The notes beneath the pieces were generated by a model that saw nothing but the letters and a program-made list of their open reading frames with translations, did not search any database and was not told the origin of the DNA. DNA of 64,000 nucleotides, from positions 38,756-102,755 of the forward strand of contig JADJQW010000004.1 of the NCBI GenBank assembly GCA_016712535.1. Direction: 5' to 3'. Positions 1-10,000 of this stretch are shown here, one piece after another. Both the position numbers and the translations under genes were made by a program. The stretch comes from Flavobacteriales bacterium (lineage in GTDB: Bacteria > Bacteroidota > Bacteroidia > Flavobacteriales_F > PHOS-HE28). Numbering within the stretch: position 1 is the first letter of the stretch; each line of letters begins with the position of its first letter.

Positions 1-1
1 G

Positions 2-1339
2 ATTATGACCGGAAGCGCCAGCGACCCCGATACTTGGCAGGATCACATCCGCAACAAAGCCCGCCGAGAGGAACTGGCCAAGCGATTCAAGAAACCCGAC
101 GACCCACTGAAGCTGGTGATTGTGCGCGACATGTGGTTGACCGGCTTCGACGCGCCTTGCCTGCACACGCTTTACGTGGACAAGCCCATGCGCAGCCACG
201 GCCTGATGCAGGCAATCGCACGCGTAAATCGCGTATTCCGCGACAAGCCGAACGGTCTCGTGGTTGACTACCTGGGCTTAGCAAACGAACTGCGCAAAGC
301 GACCGCAACATATACAGAAAGCGGAGGCGCTGGAGAGGCTACACATGACAAGGAGCAGGCCCTATCGGTGATGCAGGAGAAGTTCGAGGTCTGTGGAGCA
401 TTCTTCCATGACTTCGATCGTTCACCTTGGACCACTGGTGCACCACAAGACAAACTCAATCTCTTGCCCAGAGCACAGGAACATATCTTGGCGCAAGGCG
501 GTGATGAGACCCATTCGGCCAAGTCGCGCTTCCTGTCTGCAACCAACGATCTGCGAAGAGCATTTGCCTTGGCTAGTCCACATGAACGTGCTACCGCCAT
601 CGTGGAGGAGGTACGTTTCTTCATAAGCGTTGCCGCTGTGCTGCGCAAGCGCGAGGTCGTCGACCGGGAAGAGAGCCGCGAGGACATGGACCAAGCCATA
701 CGGCAGTTGGTATCGCAGGCCGTTGCTCCGGGTGGCGTGGTAGACATCTTTGCTGCTGCCGGTTTGAAGAAGCCGGAACTGAGCATCCTGAGCGATGCCT
801 TCTTGGATGAGGTGAAGGACATGCCCCAGCGCAATCTGGCGGTGGAGTTCTTGCGGAAGATGCTGAATGGAGAGGTACGCCGTCGTGAACGACAGAACGT
901 GGTGCAAGCCCGGTCCTTCGCAGAGATGTTGGAACAGACCATCCGTGGCTATCAGAACCGCGCGATCGAAACGGTGGAGGTGATCCAACGACTCATTGAG
1001 TTGGCCAAGCAGATGCGCGAAGCCGACAAGCGCGGAGAGGACCTTGGCTTATCCGATGACGAAGTCGCCTTCTATGATGCGTTGGAGGTGAACGACAGCG
1101 CCGTGCAGGTACTCGGTGAGCCTACGCTTAAGCTGATCGCCCAAGATCTTGTCAAGAGCATTCGCTCGAACGTCACCATCGACTGGACCGAACGCGATGC
1201 TGTGAAAGCCCTCTTGCGTGTTGCTGTGAAGCGGATCCTTCGCCGGTATGGCTATCCACCGGACAAGCAGGCAAGGGCAACGGAGCTTGTTCTAGAGCAA
1301 GCCGAGACCATTGCGAAGGAGTGGGCGGAAACGACATGA
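2..1339 (+). CDS. hsdR: Type I restriction enzyme R subunit (HsdR), C-terminal part; 5-prime end lies outside the window
   Basis: Frame is open to the window edge. It carries helicase C-terminal motifs ([20 protein letters not shown] and motif VI-like QAIARVNRV). These are followed by the conserved HsdR C-terminal tail ([19 protein letters not shown] ... [10 protein letters not shown]). Confidence 0.85.
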   Translation: MMTGSASDPDTWQDHIRNKARREELAKRFKKPDDPLKLVIVRDMWLTGFDAPCLHTLYVDKPMRSHGLMQAIARVNRVFRDKPNGLVVDYLGLANELRKATATYTESGGAGEATHDKEQALSVMQEKFEVCGAFFHDFDRSPWTTGAPQDKLNLLPRAQEHILAQGGDETHSAKSRFLSATNDLRRAFALASPHERATAIVEEVRFFISVAAVLRKREVVDREESREDMDQAIRQLVSQAVAPGGVVDIFAAAGLKKPELSILSDAFLDEVKDMPQRNLAVEFLRKMLNGEVRRRERQNVVQARSFAEMLEQTIRGYQNRAIETVEVIQRLIELAKQMREADKRGEDLGLSDDEVAFYDALEVNDSAVQVLGEPTLKLIAQDLVKSIRSNVTIDWTERDAVKALLRVAVKRILRRYGYPPDKQARATELVLEQAETIAKEWAETT

Positions 1340-1369
1340 TCCAGTCCAGTATCCTCACAATCACATACG

Positions 1370-1732
1370 ATGATCCTGAACATTGACACGCTGCGACCAA
1401 TCACAGATATACCCTATCGCCAAGACTTTGATCGCTGGCGCGGGCGATTGAGCGACGCACAGTATGATGCCATCATGGTAGCTCTGAATGAACGCTTTGA
1501 TGGTACTGATATCCAGACCTCGAGTTGGATACCGGGAAGCGATTGGATGGGAACGGTTTACGAGCCGATCTACACCACCGCCTGTCTCCGTGACTTTAAT
1601 GAATCTGCACTTTGCTTCGGCCTGTTCGTGTGGGTCGCTGTCCAAAACCGGGAGGACGAATGGGGCTTTGGGCGATACAAATTGAAGGATATCCCAATTA
1701 GTGGGCTGACCTACTTCAGAGTACATCGATAG
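1370..1732 (+). CDS. Hypothetical protein (120 aa), no recognisable motif
   Basis: ATG-started ORF fills the gap between hsdR and the DUF262 gene on the same strand. The region is locally AT-richer. No competing ORF has better composition. Confidence 0.4.
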   Translation: MILNIDTLRPITDIPYRQDFDRWRGRLSDAQYDAIMVALNERFDGTDIQTSSWIPGSDWMGTVYEPIYTTACLRDFNESALCFGLFVWVAVQNREDEWGFGRYKLKDIPISGLTYFRVHR

Positions 1733-1737
1733 ACACA

Positions 1738-3537
1738 ATGCAAACCCAGAAATACTCCATCCAACAACCCCTCATCGAAAGCCTGCTCTCGTGGGTGAAG
1801 GAGGGCGAGATCGCCATACCGGAGATCCAGCGGCCCTTCGTCTGGGACAAGAGCAAGGTGCGCGACCTGATGGACAGCATCTACCGGGGCTATCCGGTGG
1901 GCTACATCATCACGTGGAAGAACCCGACGATCCGGTTGAAGAACGGCAACCTCGGTGAGGGCAAGAAGATCCTGATCGATGGGCAGCAGCGCATCACCGC
2001 CCTGCGCGCCGCGCTGATGGACGAGTACGTGGTGGACCAGGACTACGCCCGCATCAAGATCAAGATCGCCTTCCACCCGCTGGAGGAGCGCTTCGAGGTG
2101 CAAACGCCCATCATCCAGAAGGACAAGCTCTGGCTGCCGGACATCAGCGTGTTCTTCAGCAGCGGTTTTTCGCTGATCAAATTGAACAAGGAGTACACCG
2201 CCGCCAACCCCGGCGCGGACCCCGAGGTGGTGGAGCGCAGTTTGGGCCAGCTGGCCAACCTGGCCAAGCGGCAGATCGGCGTGATCGAGCTGAACGCCGA
2301 CCTGGATATCGAGACGGTGACGGAGATCTTCATCCGCATCAACAGCAAGGGCGTGGTGCTGAGCCAGGCGGATTTCGCCATGAGCAAGATCGCCAGCAAC
2401 GAAACGCACGGCGGCCCACTGCTGCGCAAGGCCATCGATTACTTCTGCCACCTGTGCAAGGAGCCGCAGTACTACGACCACATCAAGGAACACGACGCGG
2501 AGTTCGCCGCCACGGACCACTTCAAGGCCATGAAGTGGCTGCGCAACGAGACCGAGGACCTCTACGACCCGGACTATACCGACATGCTGCGCGTGGCGAG
2601 CGGCGTGGAGTTCGGCCGGGGCAAGATGAGCGACCTGGTGAGCCTGCTGAGCGGCCGCGATTTCGAGAAGCGCACCTTCGAAGAGAGCGTGGTGGAGCAT
2701 TCGTTCCAGCGCCTCAACGCGGGCGTAACCCGCTTCATCAACGAGAGCGACTTCAAGTTCTTCACCCTCATCCTGCGCTCCGCGGGCTTCATCCACGCCA
2801 AGCTGATGCGTAGCCAGAACGCGGTGAACTTCGCCTACCTGCTCTACCTGCACCTGCGCCGCCAGGGCATGGACCGCGGCGATGAACTGCAAAGCCTGGT
2901 GCGCCGCTGGTACGTGATGAGCATCCTCACCGAGCGGGCTACAGGCAGCTTCGAGAGCCGCTTCGACCGGGACATCAAGCGCTTGAACGAGAAGAACGCC
3001 AGCGACTACCTGAGCGAGATCGAGGCCGGTGACCTCAGTGATGCCTTCTGGAACAGCGTGCTACCCGGTCACATGGAAAGTCCGCAAGTGAGCAGTCCGT
3101 TCTACGGCGTGTACCTGGCCGCGCAAGTGAACCACAAGGACCACGGCCTCTTCAGCCGCCACCTTACCGTACACGACATGCTGCTCACACGCGGTGACAT
3201 CCACCACATCTTCCCGAAGGCGCTGCTGAAGAAGCACGGCATGGGCCGCACACAATACAACCGCCTGAGCAACCTCACCTTCATGGACCAGCCGGGCAAC
3301 ATCAAGATCGGCGACCGCACACCCGCCGCCTACTTCACCGCCGTGGCCGATAAAGTGGAGAAGGGCAAGGATGGCGTGAGCGGCTTGCGCAATGCAGCCG
3401 ACCTGAAGAAGAGCCTGCGCGAGAATTGCATCCCCGATGGCATCTTCGGCTACGACGTGAAGGACTACGACGACTTCCTGGAGGAGCGGAAGGTGCTGAT
3501 GGCGAAGAAGATCAGGGGGTATTATGAGGGGTTGTGA
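1738..3537 (+). CDS. GmrSD-type DUF262/DUF1524 protein (putative type IV modification-dependent restriction enzyme)
   Basis: N-terminal DUF262 signature (IPEIQRPFVWDKSKVRDLMDSIYRGYPVGYII and LIDGQQRITAL). C-terminal His-Me/HNH-like DUF1524 signature (GDIHHIFPKALL ... YNRLSNLTFMDQPGNIKIG). Confidence 0.85.
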   Translation: MQTQKYSIQQPLIESLLSWVKEGEIAIPEIQRPFVWDKSKVRDLMDSIYRGYPVGYIITWKNPTIRLKNGNLGEGKKILIDGQQRITALRAALMDEYVVDQDYARIKIKIAFHPLEERFEVQTPIIQKDKLWLPDISVFFSSGFSLIKLNKEYTAANPGADPEVVERSLGQLANLAKRQIGVIELNADLDIETVTEIFIRINSKGVVLSQADFAMSKIASNETHGGPLLRKAIDYFCHLCKEPQYYDHIKEHDAEFAATDHFKAMKWLRNETEDLYDPDYTDMLRVASGVEFGRGKMSDLVSLLSGRDFEKRTFEESVVEHSFQRLNAGVTRFINESDFKFFTLILRSAGFIHAKLMRSQNAVNFAYLLYLHLRRQGMDRGDELQSLVRRWYVMSILTERATGSFESRFDRDIKRLNEKNASDYLSEIEAGDLSDAFWNSVLPGHMESPQVSSPFYGVYLAAQVNHKDHGLFSRHLTVHDMLLTRGDIHHIFPKALLKKHGMGRTQYNRLSNLTFMDQPGNIKIGDRTPAAYFTAVADKVEKGKDGVSGLRNAADLKKSLRENCIPDGIFGYDVKDYDDFLEERKVLMAKKIRGYYEGL

Positions 3538-3540
3538 GCC

Positions 3541-4788
3541 TCAACCCGCGCTGAACAAGTCGGGCTCCGCCAACTTGTAGCTCTTCTTGCGCCCCACAGG
3601 CGGTTCCACCTTGTTCAGGTGTACTAAGTGCTCGAGCAGCTTGTCGATGCGCTCGGTGGTCATACCGAGGTGCTTGGCGAGGGCCTTGTCCGTCATGGGT
3701 GTGGTCAGGGCTTTGAGCACGGCTTCCATGTCATCGGTCTCGGAATGTGCCGTGGCTGTTCCGTTGCTCTTCACTGGCGCTGCTTTCTTGGGCTTCTCGT
3801 AAGCCACCGGTGGTTCGTGCACTTCGGCCGGTTGCCCCGCGAACAATTCGTGCGCGGTTAGCGAACCGCGTTCCAGCTCCTCCATGCGCAAAGCATGCGG
3901 GTCCGCATCGGGTAGCACCAATGCACCACGCTCCACCAAGGCCCGGTTTCCCGAGCGCAGGTCGGCCTGGTGCTTTACCCACACGGGCACCCACTTCTTC
4001 TTCAGGTCTTCGGTGGCACCGGCCCATGTGCCGCCTTTGCCGTTATCGGAGCACACCACCACGGCCGCGCGGCTGAGACAGTAGACATATTTATTGCGCG
4101 ACATGGCGTTCGCCCCACTGAAGCCCGATTCGGGGTGGAAGGGACAGAGCAGCACGATGTCGCTGCGTTGGATGGCATCGCGGTACTTGTGGCTGGTAGC
4201 GGTCTTCAACAAGCTGTCGGCCACCACGCCGATCACGGTGCCGTTCGCTTCGATAGCACCGCGCATGGAAGCTTCGTCCACGCCACGGGCACCGCCCGAT
4301 ACGATGGTCCAACCTTGTTGCGCGGCTGAATGGCCCAATTGCCGAGCGAAGTGGAGATCATCTTCCGCCGCATTGCGCGAGCCGATCACCGCGAGGGCTT
4401 TCGTGTCGAGCTTCTTGCGGTCGCCTGCGCCATAGAAGATTGGCGGCGACTGGTCGCCTAATCGTTCATGTAGCAGCTTGGGGTAATCAGCCGATGAGCG
4501 CGTGATGACCCATAGACCCGCACGCTGCCATTTCTCCAGAAGCAGGCCCACTTGGAAACCCCGGTCGAGCAAGGGAAGGAGCCGTTCCAACGTAACGGCC
4601 TTGTCCTGGAACGTTGCGAGCGTATGCTTGGGATCGCCCACGAGCAGGTCGCTGGCCTTCATGCCTTGCGCGCTCAACCATGCAGCCAAGCGCGACCACT
4701 CGCCCGGTGCGAGCGGATGCACGGATCCCCCACCGGGCAGGTGCGCGGTGAGCAGCAGGGTCACATGGTCGTCCGGTCGTAGGTCCAT
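3541..4788 (-). CDS. DprA/Smf-like DNA-processing protein with C-terminal winged-helix region (ShosA-like)
   Basis: DprA Rossmann core motifs (ALAVIGSRNAAEDDLHFARQLG, WTIVSGGARGVDEASMRGAIEANGTVIGVVADSL). The ATG lies 3 nt downstream of the stop of the helicase-PRTase gene on the same strand, so this looks like an operon. Confidence 0.8.
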   Translation of the reverse strand: MDLRPDDHVTLLLTAHLPGGGSVHPLAPGEWSRLAAWLSAQGMKASDLLVGDPKHTLATFQDKAVTLERLLPLLDRGFQVGLLLEKWQRAGLWVITRSSADYPKLLHERLGDQSPPIFYGAGDRKKLDTKALAVIGSRNAAEDDLHFARQLGHSAAQQGWTIVSGGARGVDEASMRGAIEANGTVIGVVADSLLKTATSHKYRDAIQRSDIVLLCPFHPESGFSGANAMSRNKYVYCLSRAAVVVCSDNGKGGTWAGATEDLKKKWVPVWVKHQADLRSGNRALVERGALVLPDADPHALRMEELERGSLTAHELFAGQPAEVHEPPVAYEKPKKAAPVKSNGTATAHSETDDMEAVLKALTTPMTDKALAKHLGMTTERIDKLLEHLVHLNKVEPPVGRKKSYKLAEPDLFSAG

Positions 4789-4791
4789 GGG

Positions 4792-6889
4792 TCAGGCGTG
4801 CGAAGTACTGGCAAGCGCCACGGGATACACCAAGTTACTTCCGGCTTGGCGCAGTTGCGCGGCGATGATGGCAAAGGTCCAACCGGAATCGACCGCATCG
4901 TCCACCAGGAGGACAGGACCTTCCGGCAAAGGCGTGTTGATGGCGAAGGCGCCTTCCAGATTGGTGCATTGGTGGTGCTTGTTCTGCATAAGCTTCTGCG
5001 GCTCGTTGGTCTTGGTCTTCGACACGACCTGCCTGAATGGGATGCCGAGGCGTACGGCAAGTCGTTGGGCGAAGTCGGGCACCAAGTGCGGGTGGTTCAA
5101 TGAAGGTACACAGGTGAGCCATTCCGGAAACGGCTCTGGTCGCCAACGCTGGGTGATCATCTCGGTCATAGCATCCACGAGGTCGTCCTCAAACCGGTTG
5201 GCGTGCTTCTGTGCGGCCACCAGCTTTCCCCAGCCGGCGTCGCCCCAGCGACAGAGCACACGGCCCAACTCTGGTCGCAGGTGCGGCAGGAGTTTGCCCT
5301 TCTCCGATAGCCCGGTCAAGGTGCCGGGCGGCACACGGGTCGGGCATTTCAACTCGAACTCAGCATGCTTCAGGAACAAGGCGGCCTTGGAAATGGTGGT
5401 GGCATCAAGCTCGGTCCGGAAATGCTTGCTGAGGCAATTGGAGCAGCGGCCGCACGAGGTCACGCCAGTGTCGTCCAATGCGGCTTGCAGAAAGTTCATC
5501 AAGCAGCCCTTGTGTTCCAGGTACAAGTGGACCTGTTCCCATTCGCGCTTGCGTTGTGCGGTGAGCCGTTCGATTCGTTCGGTATCCAGCTTGAACGGAA
5601 CGGCGGTGCGTTTCCAGTTGAAGCCTTCCTGCACCACTGGTGCGGGCTGCTCCATCGCGAGGAACTTCAGCGCACGTTCGATCTGGCCGTAACGCAAGTT
5701 GATCACCTGTTCGATCTGCCATTGGGCCATGGCGTCGACCTTCTCCAGTAGGGGCGAGAATTCGCGCAACGGTGCTGGCGGCCGGAAAGGCGTTCTCCTG
5801 GAAGTAGGCGTGTATCTCTTCATCCTCGTCACCGGCCAGCAGTATCCCGTAGGCCTTGTCAATGGCTCGCCCGGCGCGGCCCACCTGCTGGTAGTAGGTG
5901 ATGATGGATGAGGGTGCTTGGTAGTGGATGACGAAACCGAGGTCGGGTTTGTCGAAGCCCATGCCCAAAGCCGTGGTAGCCACCAGCGCTTTGAGCGTCC
6001 CGTTCAGGAGCGCGTCCTCCAGCTGCGCACGGCGCGTGTTGGTATCCGCATCGTCCGTGGCGGCGATTCCCGCATGATAGGCTTCGGCTGTGATGCCGCA
6101 TTGTTGCAACCACTTCGCAACGCGTTCGGCGTCTTTCGTGGTGAGCGTGTAAATGATCCCGGAGCCCGGTAGCTTGGGCAGGTAGTGCGCGAGCCAGGCC
6201 AGCCGCGAAGCTTGGTCCGGCAGGCGGAGTGCATCAAGTCCGAGGCTTGTCCGCACCAGGGTGCCCCGTTCGATGGTGATATCCCCGAGTTGGTCTTGCA
6301 GGTCCTTGATCACCCGATCGTTGGCCGTAGCCGTGGTGCCCAGAACGGGGAGGTTGCCGGGCAGCCGTTTGAGGATGGAAACGATGCGTCGATAGTCCGG
6401 CCGGAAATCATGCCCCCAATCGCTGATGCAATGCGCTTCATCCACCACGAGCATGCCGATGCGCGCCGCGATGGGCAGCAGCACTTCATCCACGAAGCGT
6501 TGGTTCGCCAACCGTTCCGGGCTTATCAGGATCGCGTCCACCTCGTTCGCAAGCACTGCGGTGATCACGGCATCATGTTCTTCCTTGTTGGCACTGTTGA
6601 TCGTTACGGCCTTTATCCCCATGCGCTCCGCAGCGAGCAACTGGTTGCGCATCAACGAAAGCAGGGGACTGATGATAAGGGTGGGTCCAGCACCTTTCTC
6701 CCGCAACAGTTTCGCCCCGATGAAATAGACCGAGCTCTTGCCCCAACCCGTGCGCTGTACGACCAGCAGGCGCTTGCGATCGCGCACAAGCGCGACGATG
6801 GCTTCCAACTGGCCATCGCGGAATTCCGCGGTCGGCGTACCGACGGACTTTCGCAACAGTTGAAGTGCTTCGTCCTCGATGGTGGTCAT
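4792..6889 (-). pseudogene. RecQ-family helicase fused to a ComF-type phosphoribosyltransferase domain, interrupted by one apparent frameshift near 5780
   Basis: The N-terminal ORF (5405-6889) has RecQ motifs: TGWGKS, VVDEAHCISDWGHDFRPDY, TTATA and QQVGRAGR. It loses sense after ENAFP. The overlapping ORF (4792-5862) resumes sense at PAPLREFSPLLEK. It carries a Cys cluster (SCGRCSNC) and a PRTase end (NLEGAFAI ... VLLVDDAVDSGWT). Confidence 0.8.
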
Positions 6890-6951
6890 GAGAGCAAGAT
6901 AGCCGCCGTCTTTGGCTTGTTGTGCCGATCTTGTCGCTCGAATAACGGCCC

Positions 6952-7020
6952 ATGACCTCCCCCGCCATCGTCAACAAAGTCTGGAACTTCTGCCACACCC
7001 TGCGCGATGATGGCGTGGGC
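6952..7020 (+). repeat. Direct repeat copy A: first 69 nt of hsdM (codons 1-23), one mismatch
   Basis: atgacctcccccgccatcgtcaacaaagtctggaacttctgccacaccctgcgcgatgatggcgtgggc matches 14564-14632 apart from two differences (a>c at 6961 in codon 4, c>t at 7011 in codon 20). It opens a 30-codon ORF that stops at 7042-7044. Confidence 0.9.
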
Positions 7021-7044
7021 CTTGGTCGCGACCTCGGATGCTAG

Positions 7045-7092
7045 AAGTCAGTGATGGCGCAGAAGATCAAGGGGAATTATCAGGAGACATAA
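7045..7092 (+). pseudogene. 3-prime remnant (about 15 codons plus stop) of a second GmrSD-like gene
   Basis: The in-frame translation KSVMAQKIKGNYQET* aligns with the end of the intact gene at 3490-3537 (KVLMAKKIRGYYEGL*). By hand alignment about 30 of 36 core nucleotides are identical, with the stop codon at the equivalent position. Confidence 0.5.
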
Positions 7093-7094
7093 GA

Positions 7095-10000
7095 ATGCAA
7101 GGCACTCCAATGGGACATAGCATCACCGCCTTTTCCGGATCGTGCCTCCTTGGATCGATGTTGGTACTAGGGTGCACCGCACCCAAGCAGAGCCTGTACA
7201 GCAGGTACCTCACCGAGGGCAGGCTGGATCTGGCGGAAGCCCAAGCGGACACGACCTATGCCGCGCATTACTCCGAGCATAGATCAAGTTCGCTGCCCGC
7301 ATTCCAACGCGACAGCATTGCCGGCATCCAGTTCTACTACGATGCGGACAGGTACCGGGGGTGCATGGCTTTTGCGAAACACGAGGCTGCGGCCGATCGT
7401 GCCCGGCAACTGCTGGCCAATAGCCTTGGCAAGAACGATCCATACTACCTGGATGCGGTCATGGAGTGCGCCTACGCCCGACTCTTGCAAGGGCGCCGGG
7501 AAGAAGGGTTGGAGCTGGCCAAGGAAGTGAAGACCAAATTGTTGGCGGATCCCACGTTGGGGCGCGACAGGGTCGGCCTGTCGGACCTCTTCACCTTCTA
7601 CATGCAGGCGCAAGATGAAGCCACCGTGAAAGAGGTCGTTCGTCGTGGGCTCGCATACTACAACCCGGCGTATCGTACCGTGCCCGATACCGAAGGCAAG
7701 GCCCTCCTGGGCGCCCCGGAACTGGGGGCTTTCGACCGGGTCACCGACCTGGGCGCATACTCCCGCTTTCTCAACCACGCTGCCCTGTACAACTGGACGG
7801 TACTTGATCCATTCTGGTGCGAGCACTTCTACAAGTTCGATCGTGCCTTTGCCAAATGGTACAGTTCCACCGTTCGGGATGAGAACGTCGCGGACATCGC
7901 TTACGCGCATGCCATCGCCGGCCTTGGCAAATCTTCCGCCGCTCTGGAACTGGATAAGCGTGCGTACCTGGCCCTTGGCAAGCGCTATAAGGCGAGCAAC
8001 GTTGATTATGCCATCGGCGCAACGAATTATGCGAGCCACTATCTGGACTATGCGACGAATAATTGCGTCGCCATGCCCTATGCCTACCTCGATTCCATCT
8101 ACTCGGTCGATTGTCCGAAGATGAACGGGAGGACGAACGAAGAAAGAATGCGTTACATACAGTGCTCATGCGGGCAAGCCTTGTTGCGCACCAGTGCAGG
8201 GGAACCGGATTCCGCGCTCTCCACCTTGCGCAAGGCCGAGGTAGCTTACCACTTGATGGGCATGCGCGGTCGCACGCCGGAATCTTACGGTGGCATGTAC
8301 GCGGCGTACACGGCCACATGGTTCGAATACTGGCTTTCGACCGGCCACTATCAGCGGTGCGATTCGCTGTTGAACGTAGCCGAGCGGATACCGCTCACCT
8401 GGCGAATCATGCGTCCCAAGCTGGCTTACATGCGGGGCAAGTTGCAACTGGCGCAGGGCGATCCTGAAGCAGCAGCACGGACCCTTGCCTCCCATCGCAC
8501 GGTAACGAACACTTATCGCAATGAGGGTCTTGCAGCCTTTTCGTCGCGGAACACCCGGGACCTTTTGGGGGCCTATGAAAGTGCCGATGCGTTGGAATTG
8601 ACCGCATTGTTGGCACTGCCGGGCAAGGAGCAACAGCTCCTGTCCATTCTGGACAGCAGGAAACTGAAGGTGGCCAGCGCACAGATCCAAGCGGCACACG
8701 ATAAGCGGATGGGCTTCACGGATGAGGTCTATGATGAAGCATATGCTGACTGGCACCGCACCAAGAAGGAGATCGGTCGGATCATGACCGACAGGAGCGC
8801 TACCGCCTCCATGCTCCAACGCGCGCGCTCGCTGGAGGACACCCTCAGCGCCCAAGAGGCACTGCTCTCCCTCCTCTACCGGGAATGGATGAAGGACGTT
8901 CGGGATCAGCCTGGTTATGTAGACCGGTTCACGGTGGAAGCAGCCTTGAATCCCAAGACCGCGGTGATCGATGCACATCGCGTCCACCTGTTCGATGCCG
9001 GGCTGACCGCCTATGAACCGGCTTACTTGCTCATGGTACGCCGGAACACGGGCGTACCCACAGTCATCCGCGTTAATGATGCCGAGCGCATCGACTCCCT
9101 TATTGCCGTTGTGAATGAGCGGCACACGCAAGGCAAGGATGCCCCGGAAGCCATCCAAGCGTTGAGCGATGCGCTGGTAGCGCCCCTGAGCGCGGCCTTG
9201 GGAAAGACATCCTTGGTGTATGTATGTGGCGATGGTGCTTTGGGTCTGCTCAATTGGTCCTACCTCTGGGAAGGCTCGAAACGCTTCTGTGAGGATCGAA
9301 GCATACAGCACGTACATGGCATGCACGCGCTGCGCTACAAGGAGGTCACCGGCTATTTCGATTACGTGAGGGAGGCTGCGTTCTTCGGCGCACCAACGTA
9401 CTATTCAAGCAATGCGTCCCGCGAGGCGAATGTGACCAATGCCGCACGCATTTCGACCGCACAGGGCGAGGTGCGGGAATTCACCGGTAAGGACGGAGTG
9501 AAGGCACTGCCACATACGCAACCCGAGATAGAAGCCTCAGCTCGTATCGTGAAGGACGCGCCTCTTGTAGCCATGAACGAAAGGGCGGTAAAGACCTTCC
9601 TCGGGGTTGATGCAACGGAAGCGAACGTGCGGTCCCTTGGCAAAGTGAACCTGTTGCACATTGCCACACACGGCTTCTTCGAGCAGAATGAGGACGAGCT
9701 CATGAGCATGTACCGCTTGAATGATTCGCTCTCCTCGTTCAGCCGCGACCCCCTATTGCGATCAGGTTTGTTGCTTGCAGGCAGCGGTGATTACCTCGCG
9801 AACGGAACCCGTTCTGCTGCGCTTGATGATGGTTTGCTGAGCGCGGCCGAGATCGCTGATATGGATCTGTCCAAGACGGAGCTGGTGGTCCTGAGCGCCT
9901 GCCAGTCCGGCCAAGGCACCGTGGCCACATCGGACGGAATTGATGGGCTGCAGAGTGCGCTGTTCATCGTCGGCGCGAAAGCGGTGATGGTATCCTATTG

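Noticed and set aside
1711-2892. 393-aa minus-strand ORF antisense to the DUF262/DUF1524 gene
   Set aside because: The composition is Ala/Leu/Val/His/Gln-rich with no motifs, as is typical of antisense frames in GC-rich coding DNA. The plus-strand frame carries clear DGQQR and HNH-like signatures.
3529-3547. Small hairpin (gggttg-tgagcct-caaccc) spanning the convergent stops of the GmrSD-type and DprA-like genes
   Set aside because: It has only a 6-bp stem, lies largely inside coding sequence and has no T-tract. That is too weak to call a terminator.
7038-7094. Upstream in-frame ATG extending the CHAT ORF by 19 codons
   Set aside because: The extension (MLEVSDGAEDQGELSGDIR) is acidic, overlaps the hsdM-leader stop and the GmrSD-like remnant, and would bury the lipoprotein-type signal. 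The ATG at 7095 is preferred.
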